Origin: a virus | Lineage: Duplodnaviria > Caudoviricetes | DNA length: 52,464 nt | IMG/VR virus record: IMGVR_UViG_3300025653_004519 | Span: 1-52,464 of that record | Strand: one strand, 5' to 3' | Shown: positions 9,746 to 19,405 of the stretch, piece after piece | Numbering within the stretch: position 1 is the first letter of the stretch | How the letters are laid out: each line of letters opens with the position of its first letter | Notes under the pieces: generated by a model | Database searches by the model: none | The model's input: the letters and a program-made list of their open reading frames with translations, nothing else | What the model was told of the DNA's origin: nothing | Position numbers and translations under genes: made by a program

Positions 9746-10954
9746 TTAATTACTATTTAAATATCTCTGATAAAGTTTATCTCCACCATTGAAATCATAA
9801 ACTACATAACATAATTGTTTACCTACTAAGTGAGTTAAGTAACCTCTTAAATTACTTTTTGGTAATACACCCATTTGATGTGCCATCCATTCAGTCCAAG
9901 GTTTAACAAAGAAGTTTACAATAGGCGAATATTGTGGTTTTCTTTTCATAAACTCTACAACTTTTCTTGCCCACATCTGATATCCGATTACCAATCTTGG
10001 GTCTTTATCAAACATCATATCACCATATCTTTCATCCGCATCCCAAATAAGTTGTGGAATAAATCCTTGATGATAAAGTTCATTACAAATAATTTTTTTC
10101 TTCTTAGAGTTAGCTGCATTTGCTGCTGTTGATTGAGCCGCTTTTACTTGTTGATTTGCTTGTGCTATTTGTTGTTCAAATATTTGAGCATTTGTTTCAA
10201 TTGTTTGTTGTAATGTTTCGTTTGCAGCTTGTAAAGATTTAACAATTTCTTTTTCTGAATCTAATTGGGATTGTAAAGTTTCTTTTTGTGCCTCTAGTCC
10301 TCTTGATTGTGCAGTTAATGAAACTCTTTCAATACCTTCCTTAGTTCCCTTAACCACTGCATTTTGGAAATCTAAAGATAACTCTCCAAACTTTTCAGTT
10401 AACTTTCTAAATTCTTGTTCTTGAAAATTTATTTGTTCTTGTAGTGTTAGAATTTGAGCATTTAAAACTTCAACACTTCCTTCTAATGTTTCTACATTTG
10501 ATAATAAATTATCTCTTTCATTAGTAACATCTTGAAGTTGTTGATTTAAATTTTTTATTTCATTTAACTTCTGTTGATATTTTTCGTATAGAATATACCT
10601 TGGTTTTTGAGGTTTTCTTTTCTTTACTAACTCATCAACTTCAACATCAACCGCCTTTACTAACTCCTCTTCATTATATTTTGGTTTAACTAAGTTTATA
10701 TCAGCTTCACCAGAAAAAGTTTCTTGATTTGGATTTATTTCATCATCTCTATATACTAAATCTTCTTTTAGTTTATCTTTAACTAACTTTCCTTTTATTC
10801 GTTCTTCACCAAATGGTTTTGCAAGTTTTGGTGATGGTTTTATTTCTTTACCATCTTTTTTACGCACAACGATTTTACCAGATTCATTTCTACGAATCCC
10901 TTTATCACCTTTTTTGACTAACTCGTCTATTCTAAATTTATCGTTTAACGCCAT
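9746..10954 (-). CDS. Coiled-coil virion protein with C-terminal IICNELY domain
   Basis: Long Q/E/L heptad region, then KKKKIICNELYHQG...GYQMWARKVV. Confidence 0.6.
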   Translation of the reverse strand: MALNDKFRIDELVKKGDKGIRRNESGKIVVRKKDGKEIKPSPKLAKPFGEERIKGKLVKDKLKEDLVYRDDEINPNQETFSGEADINLVKPKYNEEELVKAVDVEVDELVKKRKPQKPRYILYEKYQQKLNEIKNLNQQLQDVTNERDNLLSNVETLEGSVEVLNAQILTLQEQINFQEQEFRKLTEKFGELSLDFQNAVVKGTKEGIERVSLTAQSRGLEAQKETLQSQLDSEKEIVKSLQAANETLQQTIETNAQIFEQQIAQANQQVKAAQSTAANAANSKKKKIICNELYHQGFIPQLIWDADERYGDMMFDKDPRLVIGYQMWARKVVEFMKRKPQYSPIVNFFVKPWTEWMAHQMGVLPKSNLRGYLTHLVGKQLCYVVYDFNGGDKLYQRYLNSN

Positions 10955-10955
10955 T

Positions 10956-12017
10956 TTACTTCTCTACGGTGAAAGTTAACTCTTTATCAGTAAAGTATTC
11001 AATCACACCATTTCTATTTACTTTTATTTCTATATAGTAATCTCTGTTATATTCAAAGTTACTTAAATTTAATTTAAAATAATTACCATTTGAATCACAA
11101 CTAACTTTTGTATATTCATCACTAAATGGAACCACCACTTCATCTGTTACTATATCTTTAATCTGATAGTAAGTAGTTGATGGTAAATAATATACATCTG
11201 TATAAGCATATTGATTGGTGTAATTTTTAAGAGGATATTTTTCTCTCCCAAAAACTCTGATTGTAGGTTTACTTCCTCGTTTATATCTTACTTTTAATCT
11301 CTTAAATGTGATATGAATATCATCGGCAGTTAATGCACTAAGAGAACCAGTAGAGAAAGAAGAATCATCCCAACCAATTCTTATCTTCGGTTGGTATATA
11401 GTATTTGTTTCTTTTGAAAAAAACTTTAATTGTCCATAATCTTCGGTATCATTTTCTAAAGATGAATCGTGTTTTATAATCCAACCCTCATTTGGTATTG
11501 AACTACTTATCCAAGAATTAAGTGGAGTTAGAACATCCATCTCTATATCAGTTGACTCATATGAAAAAGATTGTGATGCTGCAGAACCAGTGTACCAAGT
11601 TCCACCCTTACCATTAAATGAACCAGTTGTTCCACTTGCAAAATCAGTTCCTAACCAAGTTAATGAGGTTGTTCTCTTTTCCCAAGAACATCCATCAGTA
11701 CTTATGTTATCAAACCTTGTTCCTATACCCATATCCCAAGATTGAGAAACAGGATAAGCATAAATTGTATAATCAGTTGGTATTTCACTTGATTCACATT
11801 CTTTTAAAATAAGTTCAGCAGAACTCATTGTAATTTCACCACTTGCTATTGATTCCGAAATAGCATTTGTATCAAACTTGATTAATGTTCTTGCGTTATC
11901 TTTTAAGTTTCCATAATAAGTTTTGGAAACTTCTAATATTTCATCAAACCCAGTATTTTGTGTGGGTTGTTGTAAATAGATTGTAGTATCTTTAGATGAT
12001 GTTACGAAATAATACAT
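10956..12017 (-). CDS. Baseplate-associated beta-sandwich protein (DNRLRE-like)
   Basis: KDTTIY...NTG...RTLIKFD...SAELILK...W...NEGWII...PKI pattern. Confidence 0.55.
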   Translation of the reverse strand: MYYFVTSSKDTTIYLQQPTQNTGFDEILEVSKTYYGNLKDNARTLIKFDTNAISESIASGEITMSSAELILKECESSEIPTDYTIYAYPVSQSWDMGIGTRFDNISTDGCSWEKRTTSLTWLGTDFASGTTGSFNGKGGTWYTGSAASQSFSYESTDIEMDVLTPLNSWISSSIPNEGWIIKHDSSLENDTEDYGQLKFFSKETNTIYQPKIRIGWDDSSFSTGSLSALTADDIHITFKRLKVRYKRGSKPTIRVFGREKYPLKNYTNQYAYTDVYYLPSTTYYQIKDIVTDEVVVPFSDEYTKVSCDSNGNYFKLNLSNFEYNRDYYIEIKVNRNGVIEYFTDKELTFTVEK

Positions 12018-14053
12018 TATACAACCCTCCCTTTTATATCTTTGTTTGGAAACTTCACTTCAAATATAGATGGGTCTAAAGATGGGTAAACCATTTTACC
12101 TTTAGTTGCATCTAATATATTATAAGAATGTGATGAATAGTTTCCTAAACACTTGTTAGTAATTTCACACTTGGGTACTGATTGTACTCCTTCTACTCCT
12201 GCAATCAATAATTCAATTTCAGAAATATTAATTGGCATATTAAAAGTCCAATTATCAATATTAAAATATTCTTTTAATTCGTTTATACATTTAGTAAGAA
12301 CTTCTCTTTTAGTATATCCACCATAAACTCTAATTTCAAAATCTAATCCAATATTAATAACATAACCATCAATAAAGTTAACTCCATCTGTTAACATTCT
12401 GTACTCACCTAAATAAGTTTTTAAGTTTTCTTTTACTGCTCTGTTTAGAGGTTGTAATTTTTTATTAGTATCGTATCCAAGTAAATACAAATTAATTGCA
12501 AAAGGATTGTTTTTTTCATTTTGATTTCCTTTTTTACTTGCTAAAAAGTTTCTTAATTCATCTTTGATTTGTTGCTCTGTAAGTTTCTTTTCTCCTAAAG
12601 TTTGTACTAATCCTGCAAACTCTTCTAATGAATTAGGATTGTTAAGGATAGAAGAAGGAGAATTATTATCTAACTCACCATCTGGTGCACAATATGCCTT
12701 TGCAACTCCACCAAATTTAGATGGCATAGAAAGTGCTCTTACTTGATAATCTTTTCTTGTTACTGCTCTATTTTGTGAACCAAAGTTTGCAAGAGCGTTT
12801 TCTCTTATTTCATCGATAGTTTCTTCACCTCTACCACCTGTTGCTGGTGTTTCGTTATCACACGCAATAGATGCTTTACCTTGATTATACAATCTTAATT
12901 CACTTGGAGTAAATATTGTAGTATCTTCATCATATTCTATTCTTTGTATAGATGTAAGTTCACCTTTAGCAACATTTGATTCTACACCACCACCAATTAA
13001 ATATTGTATTGTAAATGTTCCACTCGGTGCCTGTCCATAAGATTTTGTTTTCAAAAAGTTTGATGGGTCAAATGATGCTCCTAATTTATCAATAGAATTA
13101 TTTAATCCCAATCCAACATTTTTAAAGTTTGGTATTAGTGTTTCATCATCACTCGCAGTACCACCACCAAAAACAAGTGAGGTAGTATTATCATCATTAA
13201 CTTGTGTTGTGAATCTTCTTGATGTTTTTAATGTTTTTAATATTCTTGATACTCCATCAGTTTGGTGTTGTGATAGGTCTTTATCATATTGTTCGGTATT
13301 TGGATAATCAATGTAAACTAATTCTTGTGCAAGATAAGGAACATTATACCACTTATTACCATTTGAATCTCTTACATCAACAATGTCAACAACATCAGTA
13401 TCTGCAATATTAATTTTAGAGAAAGAAGTATTTCCATTGAAAGTTTGAGTAAACTCCTTTAACTCTGCCGATATTGCCTTTATTGTTTTTTTAACCAAGT
13501 ATTGAATTGGTTTTGTAGGGTCATTAGGGTCATATGCCCATACTGTAATTTCTCTATCGTTTTCATCATTAAAATCTAAAAGTTCACTTGTTCTAAATCT
13601 TGTATTTGATTTTGAAGATTGGATAATCATACCTTCTTTTACTCTAAGATAAAATCTTGAATCAGGTTCATAGTTTGTACCTGATTTACTATTTGAGTTA
13701 TAAATCGATGGAACGAGTTGATATACAGATACCTCTGCTACTGCTGGTGAAGTTACCTTTGGTTGGTATCCTAAGTACTTTGCAAGAGCAATAACATTTG
13801 CCTTATCTTCAGCATATAACATTAAAGATTCTTTTAATGAATCATCAGTATAATAAGAAAGAATATCTCCAACATAAGATGCCATTTCTATGAACATCAT
13901 ACCTGGTGAGGATTCATTGAAATCAGAATGTGTTTTTGGGAAATAAGTTTTAGCATACTCAATTAGATTTTGTCTAAACTGTGCAAAATCTTTGTTAAGA
14001 TATTTTATATCTCTTCCCTTATTACTTTTAAATGTTGCTGAATTTAATGCCAT
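12017..14053 (-). CDS. Baseplate wedge subunit (T4 gp6/baseplate J-like)
   Basis: DFNESSPGMMFIE, GGRGEETIDEIR and QNRAVTRKDY motifs. Confidence 0.85.
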   Translation of the reverse strand: MALNSATFKSNKGRDIKYLNKDFAQFRQNLIEYAKTYFPKTHSDFNESSPGMMFIEMASYVGDILSYYTDDSLKESLMLYAEDKANVIALAKYLGYQPKVTSPAVAEVSVYQLVPSIYNSNSKSGTNYEPDSRFYLRVKEGMIIQSSKSNTRFRTSELLDFNDENDREITVWAYDPNDPTKPIQYLVKKTIKAISAELKEFTQTFNGNTSFSKINIADTDVVDIVDVRDSNGNKWYNVPYLAQELVYIDYPNTEQYDKDLSQHQTDGVSRILKTLKTSRRFTTQVNDDNTTSLVFGGGTASDDETLIPNFKNVGLGLNNSIDKLGASFDPSNFLKTKSYGQAPSGTFTIQYLIGGGVESNVAKGELTSIQRIEYDEDTTIFTPSELRLYNQGKASIACDNETPATGGRGEETIDEIRENALANFGSQNRAVTRKDYQVRALSMPSKFGGVAKAYCAPDGELDNNSPSSILNNPNSLEEFAGLVQTLGEKKLTEQQIKDELRNFLASKKGNQNEKNNPFAINLYLLGYDTNKKLQPLNRAVKENLKTYLGEYRMLTDGVNFIDGYVINIGLDFEIRVYGGYTKREVLTKCINELKEYFNIDNWTFNMPINISEIELLIAGVEGVQSVPKCEITNKCLGNYSSHSYNILDATKGKMVYPSLDPSIFEVKFPNKDIKGRVV

Positions 14054-14054
14054 C

Positions 14055-14492
14055 TTAATTTGTTCCTTGTACTGTAAATGTTAATTCGTGTAAATCAATT
14101 TGATTACCAACTGTAAACTCTAAACTTAAGTTTACTCTATTTTGGTCTTTCAATTCATTTGTCATTTCAACATCTATATTTTTTATATTAACATATGGTA
14201 ACCAATAATTTACATTTTTTGTGATTGTTTCTTGAATCTTTGATTCTAAATTATCATCTATTTGTTCAAATAATAAAGAATGTAAACCAGTACCAAAGTT
14301 TGGTTGCATAACTCGTTCTCCCTTTTTTGTAAGAAGTAGATTTTTCAAATTTGATTTTGCTTGTTCAAATGAAACAAAAGCTTGTTCAAAAAATCCTGTT
14401 TCTCCTCTTCTTAAAGGTAGGGTAATACCATAGGCATAGGAATCAAAATCTTTTGTATCCTTTACAATTTTTCTACCGATTACATATGCCAT
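14055..14492 (-). CDS. Baseplate wedge/sheath initiator (T4 gp25-like)
   Basis: LKNLLLTKKGERVMQPNFGTGL. Confidence 0.9.
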   Translation of the reverse strand: MAYVIGRKIVKDTKDFDSYAYGITLPLRRGETGFFEQAFVSFEQAKSNLKNLLLTKKGERVMQPNFGTGLHSLLFEQIDDNLESKIQETITKNVNYWLPYVNIKNIDVEMTNELKDQNRVNLSLEFTVGNQIDLHELTFTVQGTN

Positions 14493-14502
14493 CTATAAAT
14501 TC

Positions 14503-15078
14503 CTATCTTTTAAACTTTTTTACAAGTGCAGAATTATCTCTATTTAGAATTCTATCTAAACCAGGTAATCCTGTTTGAACTCCAAGACCTGTTTTACTTG
14601 GTCCTTTTTTTAAATCACCATAACCCATTTTTTGTGCCATCTGAGCTCTCATCATATCAGTACCACCTTGTGCACCTTGAGAGTTAAATGTTACAGTTTT
14701 ATCCATACTTTCATTTACAGGTTGTTGAAAATTATCCAATACTGATTTAGTAGTTGGTGTACCTTTTCTTTGTTCTGCTGAAAATGGTTTTGTATTATTT
14801 AGTACCTCGTTTAACTTTTCATTTTTAGTGAATTGTCTTTTAGGTTGTGTTCTTTCTTCTTGTAAAGCAATTTCTGCTTGTTCGAATGGGTCTACCACAT
14901 CATCTTCTACTAATTGCGTAGAGGACGGCACAATACCCCCCTTCACCTCTTTTAATCTTTTGTTAACTTCTTCCTCTAATATTTTAGGAAAAGTTTTAGT
15001 TAAAAACTTCTCGTGGTTTTTAGCCACTTCAGCTTCTACTATTGTTTTTATTATTTTAACTAATTGTTTCGTTTCCAT
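14503..15078 (-). CDS. Hypothetical late protein
   Basis: 191-aa ORF with late motif and AAGGA upstream. Confidence 0.6.
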   Translation of the reverse strand: METKQLVKIIKTIVEAEVAKNHEKFLTKTFPKILEEEVNKRLKEVKGGIVPSSTQLVEDDVVDPFEQAEIALQEERTQPKRQFTKNEKLNEVLNNTKPFSAEQRKGTPTTKSVLDNFQQPVNESMDKTVTFNSQGAQGGTDMMRAQMAQKMGYGDLKKGPSKTGLGVQTGLPGLDRILNRDNSALVKKFKR

Positions 15079-15101
15079 AATCTTTTATTTTCCTTGTCTA
15101 A

Positions 15102-15110
15102 TATAAATAT
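15102..15110 (-). promoter_or_regulatory. Putative late promoter ATATTTATA
   Basis: Repeated intergenic motif. Confidence 0.7.
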
Positions 15111-15123
15111 ATTATTATTGATT

Positions 15124-16533
15124 TTATGGTTCAACACAATCAGGTGGAATTACAAAACCTAAATATTTTTTTGGTACTTTTCTAAAAGCACCACATCCAT
15201 TCCTATTAAAACCACCACCACTTGTATTTCCCTCTATTGTCATTATACCACCAGATTTAGTTACAGCTGATACAATTCCTATGTGATGAGCATCTGCATG
15301 AGAACCATATAACACTGCTGCTCCTATCTTTGGTGTATCAGACCAATATCCATTTTGTTTTCCCCACTGCATCCAAAAATCACATCCTGCTCTTCCATTT
15401 GGTGGTAAAGGTAATCCTGCTTCTTTCCACCAAGTTGTTACTGCGGCAGCACACCAATAATAACCACTACCAGTTTTTCTAACCTTAGCTTGATTATCTA
15501 ATCCACAATTATCAAACATTTCATCTATTCTACCAGGTTCATCTTTTTGAACTCCACCAGGAAATCCACCATAGTTTTTACCAGGAGGAGAACCTGTTTC
15601 AAGAATACCAATATCTCTTTTAGCTATCTGAACTACTTTTTCTCCTGATTCACATTTATATTCTTCTGGTGTTTCTTTTTCTAGTTCCTCTGCTTCTTCA
15701 TCAGTTATATCAGCAGGAACACTATTTACTTTTCCTTCGTTAAGTTGAGTTTGTTTAAGTTTAGAATATTCTTGTGCAGATGTTCTTCCTTGTGATGGTA
15801 AAGAAGTATCATTGGCAACCGCATCAGCTTCCAACTTTTCTTTTTCTGCTTCTTGTTTGTGTTCCTCATCCATCTCATCATTCTTTAAAAGATTTCCAAG
15901 TTTCTTTAAAACTTTTGTAAGAAAACTTTCCTGTGTAGGTTCTGATGCCGTTGTAGATGGAGCTCCACCACCGACAACTGTATATCCTTGAAATAGTAAT
16001 ACTCCTTGATTTGGTATAGGAGAAGGTACTGAGGGATATAATGATACAGTAAAATAAAATCCTTGGATAGTTGTCAAGTGTTGTTGTATTCCTAAAATAA
16101 AACTATCAAGTAAAATGTTTGAATCTTCATTTGGTGGTGTAGGTGGTTGTGGTGTCCATACTCCTATATTTGAAATGATTGCAGCATCTAAAAGAATATT
16201 TCCTATCGTGGCAACAGCTGGTATTACAGGTGGTACTCCTACAATAAACTCTGCTTGAATCCAATATTGTCTTGTTGCATCTCCCAAATCATTTACAAAA
16301 TCATGTAACCCTTTATCTTTTTGTAAGGCCTTTCTACACGCATTTTCAACTGATGTACGCATCAAATCAGTATTACCACTTATTATTTTATTACCATTTA
16401 TACTTTGAAATCCTGATTTTATTAATAAATCATATTCAAAAACAACTTTATCAGCAAAATCCTCAAACTTATTTATGCCGTTAGGATTCTGCATATATCT
16501 TAACAAGTTATTTTTAAACAAAGAAAGAGACAT
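15124..16533 (-). CDS. Tail-associated CHAP-domain peptidoglycan hydrolase
   Basis: YYWCAAAV (catalytic Cys), HHIGIV (His), TIEGN; next to the spike gene. Confidence 0.8.
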   Translation of the reverse strand: MSLSLFKNNLLRYMQNPNGINKFEDFADKVVFEYDLLIKSGFQSINGNKIISGNTDLMRTSVENACRKALQKDKGLHDFVNDLGDATRQYWIQAEFIVGVPPVIPAVATIGNILLDAAIISNIGVWTPQPPTPPNEDSNILLDSFILGIQQHLTTIQGFYFTVSLYPSVPSPIPNQGVLLFQGYTVVGGGAPSTTASEPTQESFLTKVLKKLGNLLKNDEMDEEHKQEAEKEKLEADAVANDTSLPSQGRTSAQEYSKLKQTQLNEGKVNSVPADITDEEAEELEKETPEEYKCESGEKVVQIAKRDIGILETGSPPGKNYGGFPGGVQKDEPGRIDEMFDNCGLDNQAKVRKTGSGYYWCAAAVTTWWKEAGLPLPPNGRAGCDFWMQWGKQNGYWSDTPKIGAAVLYGSHADAHHIGIVSAVTKSGGIMTIEGNTSGGGFNRNGCGAFRKVPKKYLGFVIPPDCVEP

Positions 16534-16535
16534 GA

Positions 16536-17801
16536 TTATTCAGTAAAGTTTGTTGTGGATAATATTGTTTCCAATTCACTTTTAATATTTTTAAAAGTTC
16601 CACTATTGGTTGGCCCTACAGCAGTTGGTCCTGATGGGGTTTTATATATTTGTTGATTGATTGCATCTATTAGTTCTCCTAAAAGTTTAACTAATGTTTG
16701 ACCTCGTACTACTGGTTCATTTTCATTTTCTATATTAAGGTATATTTTACCTTCTTCTCCTTGACCTAAAAGATATATCGGATTATCATTGGTAGTCATT
16801 CTAACCTCACCATTAAAGTCCATCTGAGCACCATCCAATCCATTATCGATTGTAAGTTTACCATCTGAAATAAATGAGTAATTTCCTTTTGAGAAAAATA
16901 TCATTTCTGAATCTTTAGCAGATAAAACTATTCTACCACTATTCATTAGGATTTGGTCTGTTCCTTTTAATTCTGGTGGTTCGTAGTAAACTACATTATC
17001 ATCTGTTTCTAAAGTAACTTCTTCATTACCTGGTGCAAATGGGATTTCGTATTCACCACTTGCTAATACAATTGATGAACCATCATTTATAATATCTTCT
17101 TCTGTTGGTTCAAACTCTTTTAAATCTTCAATAGATTTATCACTTTGTCTGTTACGAATTATTATTGTAGGTGCAAAAAGATTATCTTCGTTATTGTATC
17201 CACTAAATCTTATTGATTGTCCAAATCTTGATTGAATAAGCTTATCACCTTCATATAATCGTAAAGGATTTATTTGTGTTGGTTCAAAGTATTCACCAAA
17301 TTTTGTTTCTCTAACAGAGTTATCAGTATTGGTGGTATTGTTTGCAATACCTGTCTGTGATGATTCACTATAAGATGATGCTTGATTTCCTGGTTTTTCT
17401 TCTTTAGGTGTTCCTTCTAATAATGCATTTTCTTCTGAATTTCCTGTATTAATATCAATACTTGGAATTCGTTTATAAAATAAAGTACTACCAATCTTTA
17501 CTAATTGTACAACTTCTCCTATTAGTGGGATTCCTTCATCAGGATTTGCTGGTGGATATTCTGGTATGTTTTCTAAATCGTGTGTGGAATCAGTTCTACT
17601 TGCAATCTTACAATGACCAATAACCATTTCTTTATCAGATACTTTATCAACAAGGTCATCTATTAATGTAATACCTGTTGCTTCACTATCATCAAGGTGA
17701 ACATATACTACAATACCGGTGCTTCCATCAAGTGAGTTGTTAGAAATCTTTTTCTTATTAGAATAAAAACTACTATTTGATATTGAGGTTCTAAATGGCA
17801 T
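16536..17801 (-). CDS. Baseplate central spike (gp5/gpV-like)
   Basis: IPLIGEVV OB-fold motif, EGDKLIQSRFGQSIRF, beta-repeat region, C-terminal PVVRG...TPSGPT. Confidence 0.65.
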   Translation of the reverse strand: MPFRTSISNSSFYSNKKKISNNSLDGSTGIVVYVHLDDSEATGITLIDDLVDKVSDKEMVIGHCKIASRTDSTHDLENIPEYPPANPDEGIPLIGEVVQLVKIGSTLFYKRIPSIDINTGNSEENALLEGTPKEEKPGNQASSYSESSQTGIANNTTNTDNSVRETKFGEYFEPTQINPLRLYEGDKLIQSRFGQSIRFSGYNNEDNLFAPTIIIRNRQSDKSIEDLKEFEPTEEDIINDGSSIVLASGEYEIPFAPGNEEVTLETDDNVVYYEPPELKGTDQILMNSGRIVLSAKDSEMIFFSKGNYSFISDGKLTIDNGLDGAQMDFNGEVRMTTNDNPIYLLGQGEEGKIYLNIENENEPVVRGQTLVKLLGELIDAINQQIYKTPSGPTAVGPTNSGTFKNIKSELETILSTTNFTE

Positions 17802-17803
17802 GT

Positions 17804-18211
17804 TTATTTATTTACTTTCTGTTTTAATTCTTCAACTTCGTTTGTTAAATCATCAACTTTTGTTTTTTCAGATTCTACTTCGTAAACTGTATCTTCTAAT
17901 TGTTGTAGTAATTGTTCTTTTTCTTTATCAGTAAGGAAACCAGTATCTCCTTCTGATTTATCTTTTGATGCAATCATTCTTTGTGCAATTGCCGCCATCT
18001 TAATTAGTGATTCATCGTTTCTAACCGAAGTATCAACTAAATCTTTTATGATTGGACCAATTACAGCCATATCACCAGAATGTCTAATTACTTTTTTCAT
18101 TTCAGCAATTAGTTCTGATATCCTTTGTTTCTTGTTTTGTTGGTTATCATAGATATCCTCAAACAACCCACTTAGGTTTTTACCAGGAAATAATTCAAAA
18201 TTCGTACTCAT
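17804..18211 (-). CDS. Hypothetical helical late protein
   Basis: 135-aa ORF, first gene behind a late motif. Confidence 0.6.
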   Translation of the reverse strand: MSTNFELFPGKNLSGLFEDIYDNQQNKKQRISELIAEMKKVIRHSGDMAVIGPIIKDLVDTSVRNDESLIKMAAIAQRMIASKDKSEGDTGFLTDKEKEQLLQQLEDTVYEVESEKTKVDDLTNEVEELKQKVNK

Positions 18212-18233
18212 GATTATACCATATTATGTTGTA

Positions 18234-18242
18234 TATAAATAT
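18234..18242 (-). promoter_or_regulatory. Putative late promoter ATATTTATA heading the baseplate operon
   Basis: Repeated motif directly after a terminator. Confidence 0.7.
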
Positions 18243-18250
18243 GGTAAAAT

Positions 18251-18274
18251 AAAAAACCTCTCCGAAGAGAGGTT
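18251..18274 (-). terminator. Intrinsic terminator
   Basis: AACCTCTC-TTCG-GAGAGGTT plus T-run (UUCG tetraloop). Confidence 0.9.
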
Positions 18275-18456
18275 CAGTCTCTATTTCTCCTCATCTTTTG
18301 TGAGAGCTTGGAGATGACCTTGATTTGGTTCAAGTGCCATTAAATATTCATCGCTCATATCAATCCTTTCTTTTAAAGGTTCAACATATGCAACGATTGT
18401 TTCGGATGCGTTCACTCCACCCGCGACTGTATTGTAAAGACCAGTCCACACGGTCT
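18275..18456 (-). ncRNA. Candidate structured RNA, or leader plus 25-aa peptide (ATG 18358 to stop 18281)
   Basis: Has its own late motif and terminator; more GC-rich than its flanks; several hairpins visible by eye. Confidence 0.4.
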
Positions 18457-18459
18457 ATA

Positions 18460-18468
18460 TATAAATAT
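18460..18468 (-). promoter_or_regulatory. Putative late promoter ATATTTATA
   Basis: Repeated motif abutting the upstream terminator. Confidence 0.7.
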
Positions 18469-18495
18469 AAAAAAACCCCACAAAGTGTGGGGTTT
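18469..18495 (-). terminator. Intrinsic terminator
   Basis: AAACCCCAC-ACTTT-GTGGGGTTT plus T-run. Confidence 0.85.
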
Positions 18496-18531
18496 AGTTC
18501 TTAACGCGTTTTGAAAATTATTAAGTAAATC

Positions 18532-18762
18532 TTACTTCTTAATAATATGGTAAAGTACGAAAGCACCAACTAGTCCTAATAGACCTTCAGCACTCAAACT
18601 TCCTAAAATGCCCATAATGTTATCAACTACTGATACTTCTGGCCAAAATGGAATGTTTGCACCTTTGAATAATACTTCAAGTACAACTCCCAAGGCAACG
18701 ATACTAATACCGATTTTTGTTAATTCATCAGCCCATGTGCCGATTTTCTTTAAAAAATCCAT
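18532..18762 (-). CDS. Small two-helix membrane protein
   Basis: 76 aa with two hydrophobic segments; strong AAGGAG RBS. Confidence 0.75.
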   Translation of the reverse strand: MDFLKKIGTWADELTKIGISIVALGVVLEVLFKGANIPFWPEVSVVDNIMGILGSLSAEGLLGLVGAFVLYHIIKK

Positions 18763-18909
18763 ATTGTTTCTCCTTTGTTTTAATTAAGAATAATAACTTT
18801 TTCATATTCCAAAACATCGGACTTGTCCACAAATAACTATTGTATATATGAAATAAAAAGTATGTTTTTGATTTTAACACCTAATAGGCAAACAATATTG
18901 GGTGTCAAT

Positions 18910-18935
18910 AAAAAAACCCCACTAATTGTGGGGTT
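18910..18935 (-). terminator. Intrinsic terminator
   Basis: AACCCCAC-AATTA-GTGGGGTT plus T-run. Confidence 0.85.
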
Positions 18936-18964
18936 AAAACTTTACTAATCACTTTGAATTACGA

Positions 18965-19342
18965 TTAGGGCTTGTTACTTGCCAGTTTGTTTTCTAAGTC
19001 TCTAATACGAGCCTTCATTTGTTCGTACTCTATCTCTCTATAAGTATAACGAGGTTGTCCCTTTGGTTTAATCCAAACTAACTTTCCTTTGTTATAGAGA
19101 GCCTTTGTACCTACATCATCACTCCAATAAGAGTGGACTAATAGTTTGCCATCTTCTGTTCTGATGTATGTTCCTTTTTGGTGTATAGAACCATCTTCGT
19201 TGTAAGCTCTATACTCGTAAAGATTGTTGTCTATCTGTGTAATAACTTTGGATTCTTGTCCGAAGAGCGGAATGGTACACAGAGAAAATAATAGGATTGC
19301 TATTATTTGAACAATCTTTACTTTGAATAATTGTTCATTCAT
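18965..19342 (-). CDS. Exported protein with MORN-variant-like beta repeats
   Basis: N-terminal signal-like segment; YNEDGSIHQKGTY; AAGGAGG RBS. Confidence 0.55.
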   Translation of the reverse strand: MNEQLFKVKIVQIIAILLFSLCTIPLFGQESKVITQIDNNLYEYRAYNEDGSIHQKGTYIRTEDGKLLVHSYWSDDVGTKALYNKGKLVWIKPKGQPRYTYREIEYEQMKARIRDLENKLASNKP

Positions 19343-19356
19343 AATTCCTCCTTTAG

Positions 19357-19365
19357 TATAAATAT
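19357..19365 (-). promoter_or_regulatory. Putative late promoter ATATTTATA
   Basis: Repeated intergenic motif. Confidence 0.7.
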
Positions 19366-19405
19366 ACCTATGTTAAGAAATTGTTAAGTAAATATTATGG
19401 AAAGG

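Noticed and set aside
18275-18456. tmRNA or tRNA identity for the small transcript
   Set aside because: No T-arm GTTCRA motif, acceptor stem or Ala-Ala-type tag end
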